From assembly GCA_963666835.2 (NCBI GenBank), contig CAXXGO010000006.1, positions 2,016,001-2,080,000 on the forward strand: a stretch of DNA of 64,000 nt, written 5' to 3'. The notes beneath the pieces were generated by a model. The model was not told the origin of the DNA, did not search any database, and saw only the letters and a program-made list of their open reading frames with translations. Below are positions 55,968 to 64,000 of this stretch, piece after piece; within the stretch, counting starts at the first letter, position 1; each line of letters opens with the position of its first letter. The stretch comes from Phycisphaerae bacterium (lineage in GTDB: Bacteria > Planctomycetota > Phycisphaerae > UBA1845). The translations under genes and the position numbers were made by a program.

Positions 55968-57433
55968 TTCCGATGCCGCTCAAGGAGGTGGCCCTGGCGG
56001 TCGGTGTCGTGCCCTCGCCCGGCTGGGAACGGATAGAGGTTCGGCGGGTGACCACCGATTCGAGAGAGGTGGGGGCGGGCGATTTGTTCCTGCCGATTCG
56101 CGGGGCTCGGTTCGATGGGCACGGCTTCGTGGACCAAGCGGTCGCCAAAGGCGCCGTGGCGTGCATCTGCGCGCATGATTGGGTGAAACGAACTAACGAA
56201 GGTTCGTTGGTTCCGCGTTTGCCGGTAGACGACACGGTCGACGCTCTCGGGCGTTTGGCTGCGTACTACCGTCGCAAGGTCATGCCGATTAGCACTGCGG
56301 TCATTGCCGTTACCGGCAGCAACGGCAAGACCACGACCAAGGGGATGATCCACCACGTTCTGGGCACGGCCTTGAAGGGGCGTTGCGCCCCCAAGAGCTT
56401 CAACAACAACATTGGCGTACCGCTCACTCTTCTTTCTGGTGACGCGGACGATCGTTACCTGGTGGTGGAGATTGGGACGAACGCCCCCGGGGAGGTGGGG
56501 GCTTTGGCAGAAGTCGCAGCTCCCGACGTCGCGGTGATAACGTCCATCGGCGAGGCCCACTTGGAAGGACTGGGGGACGTTCGCGCGATTGCGGCGGAGA
56601 AAGCATCGCTGCTGGCGCACGTTCATCCGGAGGGCTTTGCGGTTGTCAACGTAGACCGCCTCGAGATCCTACCGCACTTGTATTCGGATCTTCCCTCTCG
56701 GCTGTGGACGTTCGGGTTCGAGCCGATCGCACGACTGCGGGTTACGGATGTTCGCGGCACGATCCGCGGAACGAGATTCCAGCTTGAGGATCGTTACGAA
56801 GTAGCCTTGCCCTTTCCCGGTCCGCACCACGCCACCAATGCCGTTGCCGCGTTCGCGGTAGCGCGGTGGTTCGGTATTGACCCGCGAGAGATTATCGAAG
56901 ACCTGGCCACCTTTGCGCCCCCGGAGGGGCGGACCCGACTGGTTGAAGTTGCAGGGGTGACGGTGGTCGATGATAGCTACAACGCCAATCCATCCAGCAT
57001 GGCTGCGGCGATAGAAGCCCTGTGCCTGGTCGAGGATTCTCGCCGGGTATTGGTTATGGGCGATATGTTGGAACTCGGCACGCGCAGCGCTGCTTTACAC
57101 CGGCAGATGGTACAGCAGGCGATCGACTCCGGGGTTGATGTGCTGGTGGCCGTGGGTAAGGCGACGGTTTCGGCGGTTTCGGCTTTGGAGTTGTCCCTGA
57201 CCGGCCCGCGCGTGTGTTGTTGCAGCGACGCCGACGCGGCGGGCACGGTGATTTCGGAGTTGTTGGCTCCGGGAGACACGGTGTGGGTGAAGGCCTCACG
57301 GGCGATGGGGCTGGATCGGGTGTTGGGCTACATCGAGGAGGCTCATGCCGCCGCAGTGCCGGACGAGGCTGCTCCCGAGTCCGGTGGACTATGCGTGGTG
57401 GCGGCGCCGGTTGGGCGGCGCGAGGCAGGTTGA
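55964..57433 (+). CDS. murF: UDP-MurNAc-pentapeptide ligase
   Basis: GSNGKTTTK, NNNIGVP, DDSYNANP, GDMLELG, KASR. Confidence 0.97.
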   Translation: MIPMPLKEVALAVGVVPSPGWERIEVRRVTTDSREVGAGDLFLPIRGARFDGHGFVDQAVAKGAVACICAHDWVKRTNEGSLVPRLPVDDTVDALGRLAAYYRRKVMPISTAVIAVTGSNGKTTTKGMIHHVLGTALKGRCAPKSFNNNIGVPLTLLSGDADDRYLVVEIGTNAPGEVGALAEVAAPDVAVITSIGEAHLEGLGDVRAIAAEKASLLAHVHPEGFAVVNVDRLEILPHLYSDLPSRLWTFGFEPIARLRVTDVRGTIRGTRFQLEDRYEVALPFPGPHHATNAVAAFAVARWFGIDPREIIEDLATFAPPEGRTRLVEVAGVTVVDDSYNANPSSMAAAIEALCLVEDSRRVLVMGDMLELGTRSAALHRQMVQQAIDSGVDVLVAVGKATVSAVSALELSLTGPRVCCCSDADAAGTVISELLAPGDTVWVKASRAMGLDRVLGYIEEAHAAAVPDEAAPESGGLCVVAAPVGRREAG

Positions 57434-57505
57434 CGCGCTGCCCCGGGGCGGCCGGCAGAGGTCGAATACGGTTGGCGGGCGATCTGATACGGGAAGTGGT
57501 ACCGC

Positions 57506-58648
57506 GTGCTCTACTATCTTTTTCGCGAACTACTGCAGGGTCAGCATTACGCTTATGAGAACGCGCTGTTTCGCGGCACGTGTGCGGCGCTGTTCTGCTT
57601 CCTGTTGGTTCTGGTGTTCCTTCCCCGCGTCATTCGGCAGTTGATGAAGTGGAAGCTGGGCGACCGCCCGGAGTTCGACCACGCTTCGTTGAACAAGCTG
57701 ACTCGCGACAAGAGCAACGTCCCGACCATGGGCGGCGTGATGATCCTCGGGGCAATCGCTTTGGCCGTTCTTCTCTTTGCTGATCTTGCGAGTTTTTATG
57801 TCCAGATGGCCCTGGTCTGTCTGGTGTGGCTCGGAGTGCTGGGGGCGGTGGACGACTGGCTCAAGCTAACGGCGAAACGAAGGACGAATTCGCGCGACGG
57901 CCTGAAGATGTACGAGAAGCTCCTATTTCAGATCGGCCTGGGCGTCGTATTGGGGTTCTACATCTACCGGCACGGTCACGGCAATTACGACATGCTCAAC
58001 TCGCTTGCGGATCCGGCCCAGCTTCCGACCTACAAGATCCTCAGTGTTCCGTTTTACAAGGCCGGCCTGCAACTGGGGACATTCACTTTCATGGTGGTTA
58101 CCGTGCTGGTGATGACCGGTACGTCCAACGCGGTGAATCTGACGGATGGTATGGACGGGCTGGCCTCCGGGTGCGTGGCGATGTGCGCGCTGGTCTTTCT
58201 GATTCTGACGTACATTGTGGGTACGGAGGAGTTGGCCCGCAAACTGCTGTTCCCGTACGTCCCCCAGAGCGGCGAGTTAGTGGTGCTCTGCGGGGCGATT
58301 CTGGGCTCGTGCCTGGGCTTTCTCTGGTACAATTGCCACCCGGCGCGCGTGTTCATGGGCGACACCGGCTCGCTGCCGTTGGGCGGGTTGATCGGATTCG
58401 TCGCTGTGGTCACGCGGCAGGAATTGATGTTGCTTATCGCGGGTGGTGTCTTCGTTATCGAAGCGCTCTCGGTGATGGCGCAAGTCGGTTACTTCAAGTG
58501 GACCGGGGGACGGCGTCTGTTCCAGTGCTCCCCGATTCATCACCATTTTCATCTTAGCGGATGGAGCGAGCCGCAGACGGTGATACGTTTCTGGCTGGTC
58601 GCGGCTCTTTTTGCCGGGTTCGCGGTTATGACGATCAAACTCCGGTAG
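57506..58648 (+). CDS. mraY: Phospho-N-acetylmuramoyl-pentapeptide transferase
   Basis: PTMGG, VDD, NAVNLTDGMDGL, VFMGDTGS, PIHHHF. Confidence 0.97.
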   Translation: MLYYLFRELLQGQHYAYENALFRGTCAALFCFLLVLVFLPRVIRQLMKWKLGDRPEFDHASLNKLTRDKSNVPTMGGVMILGAIALAVLLFADLASFYVQMALVCLVWLGVLGAVDDWLKLTAKRRTNSRDGLKMYEKLLFQIGLGVVLGFYIYRHGHGNYDMLNSLADPAQLPTYKILSVPFYKAGLQLGTFTFMVVTVLVMTGTSNAVNLTDGMDGLASGCVAMCALVFLILTYIVGTEELARKLLFPYVPQSGELVVLCGAILGSCLGFLWYNCHPARVFMGDTGSLPLGGLIGFVAVVTRQELMLLIAGGVFVIEALSVMAQVGYFKWTGGRRLFQCSPIHHHFHLSGWSEPQTVIRFWLVAALFAGFAVMTIKLR

Positions 58649-58677
58649 ATTGGCGAAGATGTCACGGATGACACGAA

Positions 58678-59856
58678 ATGAGCGAGCTAGAGGCTGATAA
58701 CCCGGTACATCCGGGGGCAATCATCACACTGTCGGCGGCCTTGATGGCCGTTGGTCTGGTGATGGTCACGTCGGCGACGGCCCCGCTTGATCGATCCCTT
58801 GTTGAGGTCAGCTTCTGGCGTACGACGTTTGGGCGGCAGGTGATCTTCGCGCTCGTGGGTCTTCTGCTGATGGTCACCGTATCGCGCGTGGCAGTTCCTT
58901 TCCTGGCCCGCCCGACGACCCAGAAGTGGATTCCCGGCTTGGTCTTTGCCTTGGCGCTGGCGGGATTGGTTGCGGCGTTCATTCCGGGATTGGCGAGTTC
59001 ACGCCATGGGTCGCAGCGATGGTTACAGGTCGCCCCCGCATGGGTTGGGATCGGGTTCCAGCCGTCGGAGTTCGCCAAGCTGGCCTTGGTGGGTTTTCTG
59101 GCGATGTGGTTGGCCCGCCCGAAGATCGAAGTCCGCGATTTCCGCCGGGGGTTCCTGCCGGCGGCGTTGGCTGCGGGGGTCTTCGTTCTGTTGGTTGGAA
59201 AAGCGGATTTCTCAACGGCCGTGCTCCTGGCCGGGGTCGCCTTCATGATGCTCCTGGTGGCCGGATGTCGTGTCCGACACCTGGCGGTACTTGGCGGGCT
59301 TGGTGTAGTGGCGTTCGGCGTGCTTCTCGTTGCGGCTCCATATCGGATGGCGCGACTCACCGCCCATCAGACGTTCTGGGACGATCCTATGGGGGCGGGC
59401 TATCAACCTCTGCAGTCCCTGACGACCATCGCCTCCGGAGGCTGGTTCGGAACGGGACTCGGCGCCGGGGTGCAGAAGTACGGTTACCTGCCGGAAAGCC
59501 ACTCGGATTTCGTATTCGCCATGGTCTGTGAGGAAATGGGCTTGCTGGGGGGAGGGCTCGTCATCGCGCTGTTCTGTGGATTCGTATGGCTCGGGCTAAG
59601 GACGATGTGGTCGGCGCCGACCATGTTCGAGCGATTGCTTGCGTTCGGGCTCACGGCGTGTATCGGCATGCAGGCCGCGATGAACATCGCCGTAGTCACC
59701 GTGGTGACTCCGACGACCGGGATACCTCTTCCACTTATTTCCGCCGGCGGTAGCGGGCTATTGACCTTCTCCCTGGCGATCGGGCTGCTTGCCGCTATCG
59801 CCGCCCGAAGTCGCCCGCCGGCCCGGATCGATGGAGAGGAGGGGCTTGCATGGTAA
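58678..59856 (+). CDS. ftsW: SEDS peptidoglycan glycosyltransferase FtsW
   Basis: SQRW, FQPSEFAK, GYQ, LPESHSDF, TGIPLPLISAGGS. Confidence 0.93.
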   Translation: MSELEADNPVHPGAIITLSAALMAVGLVMVTSATAPLDRSLVEVSFWRTTFGRQVIFALVGLLLMVTVSRVAVPFLARPTTQKWIPGLVFALALAGLVAAFIPGLASSRHGSQRWLQVAPAWVGIGFQPSEFAKLALVGFLAMWLARPKIEVRDFRRGFLPAALAAGVFVLLVGKADFSTAVLLAGVAFMMLLVAGCRVRHLAVLGGLGVVAFGVLLVAAPYRMARLTAHQTFWDDPMGAGYQPLQSLTTIASGGWFGTGLGAGVQKYGYLPESHSDFVFAMVCEEMGLLGGGLVIALFCGFVWLGLRTMWSAPTMFERLLAFGLTACIGMQAAMNIAVVTVVTPTTGIPLPLISAGGSGLLTFSLAIGLLAAIAARSRPPARIDGEEGLAW

Positions 59857-61025
59857 GCCAGACTCCGGCGTATGCGGCCCCCCCGGTTGTGGCGTTTGCC
59901 GGGGGAGGTACGGGCGGTCACATGTACCCGGCGTTGGCGGTTGGCGACATCCTGCGTCGCCGCCTTCCCGGAGTTCGCTTTATCTACTTCGGAACCAGCC
60001 GGGCGATCGATCAGCGGGTTCTGGGCGACACGGACTGCGAACTGGTGCGCCAGAATCTCAAGCCGCTGTCGAAAGTGCCGTGGCGATGGCCGGGGTTTGC
60101 ATTCGCCTATTGGCGAACCAGTCGTCTCTGCCGTGCGCAGCTCGAGAGAGTTCGTCCGATGGTTATGATCGGAACGGGAGGGCTCAGCTCGGTGCCTGCG
60201 ATGCGCCAGGCCCGTCGTGCCGGGGTGCCGACGGTCGTGCTGAACCCGGATGCCGTTCCCGGGCGAGCCAACCGCCACTTGGCGACGTTGGCGGACATGG
60301 TCTTTCTGCAATGGGAGGAGACCCGGGAGTTCTTACCCGCTCGGGAGGGCATTCAGGTAAGCGGATGCGCTATCCGGTCAGAGTTCAACCGCGCCGATCG
60401 TGCCGCGGGGGCGGTCCGGTTCGGCCTGGACCCGAAGCGTAAGACGCTTCTGGTGACGGGGGCGTCGCAAGGAGCGCGGACGATCAACGAGGCCGTGTTG
60501 GCGAACATCGAACTTCTGGAGGAGTTCGACGATTGGCAGGTTCTCCACCTGACCGGCGATCTGGATTTCGAGCAGGTCAAAAAGGCGTACCAGAAGTCAC
60601 TCGTCCGGGCTGTCGTGCTGCCGTTCACCGACCGTATGGCCGAGGCCCTTGCTGCGGCCGACTTGGTTCTATCGCGTTCGGGAGCCTCCACTCTTGCGGA
60701 GATCACGGCCGTGGGGCGGGCGAGCGTGCTAATGCCCTACCCTTTCCACAAGGACATGCATCAGCGAGCCAACGCTCGTTGTCTGGTACGGGCTTCGGCC
60801 GCCCGCATGGTGCATGACGCGGCCGATCCCAGGGTCAACGGTCCGGCGCTAAGGTCGGTGTTGCAGTCGTTAATGGGTGATGCCGTGCGGCGCGGGGCTA
60901 TGGCGGATGCGGCTCGGCGGATTGGGCGAGGCAAAGCGGCGCGCGAGATCGCAGACCGGATAATCCAATTGGCGGTGCAGCGGGGCGCGATCACGGAGCA
61001 GGAGACGATGGCGCAATCGTGCTGA
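59850..61025 (+). CDS. murG: Lipid II GlcNAc transferase
   Basis: AGGGTGGHMYP, PGRAN, GASQGA, RSGAST, HQRANA. Confidence 0.96.
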   Translation: MVSQTPAYAAPPVVAFAGGGTGGHMYPALAVGDILRRRLPGVRFIYFGTSRAIDQRVLGDTDCELVRQNLKPLSKVPWRWPGFAFAYWRTSRLCRAQLERVRPMVMIGTGGLSSVPAMRQARRAGVPTVVLNPDAVPGRANRHLATLADMVFLQWEETREFLPAREGIQVSGCAIRSEFNRADRAAGAVRFGLDPKRKTLLVTGASQGARTINEAVLANIELLEEFDDWQVLHLTGDLDFEQVKKAYQKSLVRAVVLPFTDRMAEALAAADLVLSRSGASTLAEITAVGRASVLMPYPFHKDMHQRANARCLVRASAARMVHDAADPRVNGPALRSVLQSLMGDAVRRGAMADAARRIGRGKAAREIADRIIQLAVQRGAITEQETMAQSC

Positions 61026-61128
61026 AGATTCCGATATCTTCTCGGTCCGGGGTACGCCCCGATCAGGCGGAGACGGCGAAAGTCGCGTTGAGGTTGAGAG
61101 GATTCTCTTGAGGTTGGGGCCTACTGGA

Positions 61129-62568
61129 ATGGACAAACGTTCGGAACGAAGCGTCAGTGAGCCGGGCGGGCCGCCCAGCGGGTTTGGAGGCTCTACCGTC
61201 CACATGATTGGGGTCGGCGGGTGCGGCATGAGCGGAGCCGCCCGCATCTTGGCTCGTCTGGGGGCGAAGGTGTCGGGATCCGACCTGACTCCCTTCGATG
61301 GGCTCGGAGCCCTGGTCGCCGACAGTATCAGAGTTTCGATCGGGCATGATGCCGACCACGTCCATGACGATGTGGACCTCGTCGTGACTAGTGCGGCCAT
61401 CCCCGAGTCCAACGTGGAGCTGGCCAAGGCCAGGCACCAGGGTCTGCGCGTGCTCAAGTACGCAGAGCTGCTGGCTGCGTTGATGGAGCGGCGGAGCGGA
61501 GTTGCCATAGCCGGCACGCATGGCAAGAGCACGACGACGGCGATGTGCGCCCACCTTTTCCGAACGGCCGGTTTGTCGCCGTCGTTTCTGGTGGGGGCGA
61601 TCTCCGACCAGTTGGGTGGCAACAGTGCCGCGGGTGCGGGTGACCACTTCATCGCCGAGGCTTGCGAATACGATCGCTCGTTCTTACACCTTCGCCCGGA
61701 GTATGCGGCCATCCTGAATATTGAGCCGGACCACCTCGATTGCTATCGCGATATCGGTGAGATCGTACAGGCGTTCACGGAGTTTGCCGCGAATGTGGAT
61801 CCGGAAGGTCTGGTTCTTTGTAACGCCGAAGATGAGCTGGCCATGCAGGCCGCCGCCGGAGCGACCGCGAAGGTAGAGACCTTTGGCATCGAGTGCGAGG
61901 CGGACTGGCGCGGTGTGAATCTGCGAAGCGAGAACGGTCAGTATGCCTTCGACGTGACGTATCGGGGAGCGCATGTTCTTTCGGCGCGGCTGACCATTGC
62001 GGGGAAGCACAATGTGTACAATGCCCTTCCGGCAGTGGCTTTGGCTCGCCGCGGTGGGGCGGATGCAGAGTCCTTGAGTTCGGCATTGTCTACCTTCGCG
62101 GGTACCCACCGCCGGATGACTTGGCGTGGGCAAGGCCGCGGAGTGCAGATCGTCGACGATTATGCGCACCATCCCACGGAAATTCGGGTCACCATCGAAG
62201 CGGTTCGGAACCGCTACCGCCCGAAGCGGGTGTGGGTGGTGTTCCAACCGCATCAACATGCGCGCACGCGGCATCTTTTCGAGGACTTCGCCGAGTCGTT
62301 TATGGGGGTGGATGAGGTTATCGTGCCGGACATTTACGGTGCTCGAGAGGGTGGTAGCTTCGAACGGCGCGCAGGTGCCGAGGAGTTGGCATCGCGCATC
62401 CGGGAGAAGGGGGGCAGTGCTCGTTATCTGCCGAGTCTCGGGGAGACGGCCGAGCACGTGGCGGTGAATGCCACGGATGGTGATCTTGTGGTGACGATGG
62501 GAGCCGGTGACGTCTGGAAGGTAGCCGATGAGCTGGTGGAACGATTTTGCTCGCGACATGGAGTGTAA
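61129..62568 (+). CDS. murC: UDP-MurNAc--L-alanine ligase
   Basis: HMIGVGGCGMS, GTHGKSTTT, EACEYD, DDYAHHPTE, FQPH, MGAGD. Confidence 0.97.
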   Translation: MDKRSERSVSEPGGPPSGFGGSTVHMIGVGGCGMSGAARILARLGAKVSGSDLTPFDGLGALVADSIRVSIGHDADHVHDDVDLVVTSAAIPESNVELAKARHQGLRVLKYAELLAALMERRSGVAIAGTHGKSTTTAMCAHLFRTAGLSPSFLVGAISDQLGGNSAAGAGDHFIAEACEYDRSFLHLRPEYAAILNIEPDHLDCYRDIGEIVQAFTEFAANVDPEGLVLCNAEDELAMQAAAGATAKVETFGIECEADWRGVNLRSENGQYAFDVTYRGAHVLSARLTIAGKHNVYNALPAVALARRGGADAESLSSALSTFAGTHRRMTWRGQGRGVQIVDDYAHHPTEIRVTIEAVRNRYRPKRVWVVFQPHQHARTRHLFEDFAESFMGVDEVIVPDIYGAREGGSFERRAGAEELASRIREKGGSARYLPSLGETAEHVAVNATDGDLVVTMGAGDVWKVADELVERFCSRHGV

Positions 62569-63406
62569 TGCGCCTCTCGGGTGCTTGACCAGCTTCCGGG
62601 TCGGTGGTCGGGCGCGCTACCTGTACCGCCCACGTGATGTCGACCGACTCGCGGCCATGCTCCGGTGCGCCCGCGCGGAGGGGATCGCCATGCGGGTTCT
62701 CGGCGGCGGAGCGAATGTTCTGGTCCCGGACGAGGGGTTTGACGGAGTTGTGGTGCGTCTGGATAGCCCGAGATTCCGCGCGATCGACTGGAACGGGGCG
62801 ACGGTGACTATTGGGGCCGGCGTGGATGTCATGGCATTTGCCCGGCGGTGCAGTTCACGAGGATGGTCGGGGCTCGAGTGCATGGCGGGGATCCCCGCGA
62901 GTGTCGGCGGGGCGGTGCGGATGAACGCCGGAGGGCGCTTCGGTGACTTCGGTACCCTGGTTCGCGAGGCGGATGTTCTGCGGCTCGGCGGTGAGCGGGA
63001 GACGTGGTCTCGTGAGCGGCTCGACTTCGGGTATCGTTCCTCGGCCATCGATGCTGAGATCGTACTGGCGGCGCGGCTTGAGCTGTGTGAGGATGATCCG
63101 CTCCGTGCCCGAGAACGGTTCGATGAATGCCTCAACTATAAGCGTAACACGCAGCCCCTGGGCGACCACAGCGCGGGCTGTATTTTCAAGAACCCCGACG
63201 GACAATCGGCCGGAGCGCTGATTGACCGGGCCGGTGTCAAGGGCGCGCGCCGCGGCAGAGCTTACGTTTCCACGGACCACGCGAATTTCATCGTAGCCCG
63301 AGACGGAGCGAAAGCTGCCGACATTCTGGCACTTATAGATCTTATGCGCGAACGAGTCCGCGATGACTTCGGTGTCGAACTCGAGGTCGAAGTCGATATC
63401 TGGTAG
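62528..63406 (+). CDS. murB: UDP-N-acetylenolpyruvoylglucosamine reductase
   Basis: FRVGG, GGGAN, GIPASVGGAVRMNAG, SAGCIFKNP, HANFIV. Confidence 0.96.
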   Translation: MSWWNDFARDMECNAPLGCLTSFRVGGRARYLYRPRDVDRLAAMLRCARAEGIAMRVLGGGANVLVPDEGFDGVVVRLDSPRFRAIDWNGATVTIGAGVDVMAFARRCSSRGWSGLECMAGIPASVGGAVRMNAGGRFGDFGTLVREADVLRLGGERETWSRERLDFGYRSSAIDAEIVLAARLELCEDDPLRARERFDECLNYKRNTQPLGDHSAGCIFKNPDGQSAGALIDRAGVKGARRGRAYVSTDHANFIVARDGAKAADILALIDLMRERVRDDFGVELEVEVDIW

Positions 63407-63432
63407 GCGGGTACGGGAGGGAGGACCGGAGT

Positions 63433-64000
63433 ATGACTCTGGCAGACACGATTCGATTGCCGCAGCGTCCCTTCGAGGCGCCCGTGAAGAAACTCGATAT
63501 AACCGTGCTCGCGGGCGGGCCGGGAACGGAACGCGAGGTCAGCATTGACGGCGGGCGCGCGGTTAGTGACGCGCTGCGGACACTGGGGCACCGGGTGTCG
63601 GTCCGCGATATTGACGCCGATGATCTGTCGGCCATCGATCGTCCGGCAGATTTCGTGTTTATCGTGCTTCACGGCGAGTTCGGCGAGGACGGTACCGTGC
63701 AGGCCGAACTCGATGTCCGAGGAACCCCGTACGCCGGGTCCGGCGCGGAAGCCTCTCGGGTGGCCATGGACAAGGCGGCCGCCAAACAGCGCTTCGAACG
63801 GGCGGGGATCCCGACCCCGGCTTACGAAGTGGTTGATCGGGCCGGACTGGCGGGTTTGGAAGCGCGGTTTCCCGTCCCGGCCGTGGTCAAGCCGGTGGCT
63901 TCCGGGAGCAGCGTTGATACGAAGATCGTTCGCAATTCGACCGATCTTGCCGCCCACGCCGCGAAGCTGACCGGTGATTATGGAACGGCGCTGGTGGAGG
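63433..64000 (+). CDS. ddl: D-alanine--D-alanine ligase (runs off window end)
   Basis: Manual translation from ATG 63433 gives ITVLAGGPGTEREVS, LHGEFGEDGTVQ, AMDK, VVKPVASGSS. Absent from the ORF track because there is no stop in the window. Confidence 0.93.
   Translation, partial: MTLADTIRLPQRPFEAPVKKLDITVLAGGPGTEREVSIDGGRAVSDALRTLGHRVSVRDIDADDLSAIDRPADFVFIVLHGEFGEDGTVQAELDVRGTPYAGSGAEASRVAMDKAAAKQRFERAGIPTPAYEVVDRAGLAGLEARFPVPAVVKPVASGSSVDTKIVRNSTDLAAHAAKLTGDYGTALVE

Overview
GC-rich bacterial chromosomal window, most likely Planctomycetota (probably class Phycisphaerae). This assignment is inferred from the ECF sigma/Ser-Thr kinase pairs, the CxxCGYxL..CPECG membrane proteins and a GDLDxDxDVDLADFxxFQ dockerin-like tail. 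The left part (1-11.4 kb) holds a trypsin-like protease, LOG, HNH, a REC-GGDEF-HD-GYP gene and a murQ/GHL10/ROK trio. An accessory island at 11.5-16.5 kb, delimited by REP-like repeats, encodes a secreted protein with a hydrophobic Cys-rich tail followed by three membrane proteins built from variable TM hairpins and a conserved zinc ribbon. Next come an OlsF-like acyltransferase, an RND+TolC pair with no adaptor, a ~250-nt rod-like ncRNA candidate, and two mirror-image ECF/kinase operons. These are followed by NfeD/flotillin, a composite repeat array, a micro-ORF transcript, LarA-like, asparaginase, ogt, transglutaminase, miaA, ABC and GT4 genes. From 49 kb to the end is a dcw cluster (mraZ rsmH [LysM] ftsL ftsI murE murF mraY ftsW murG murC murB ddl-partial) with no murD in it. 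I saw no rRNA, tRNA, CRISPR array or transposase. The best novelty candidates are the variable-TM/constant-zinc-ribbon cassette locus, the rod ncRNA before the ECF, and the FtsN-like LysM protein inside dcw. All family calls come from motif recognition by eye; no database searches were run.
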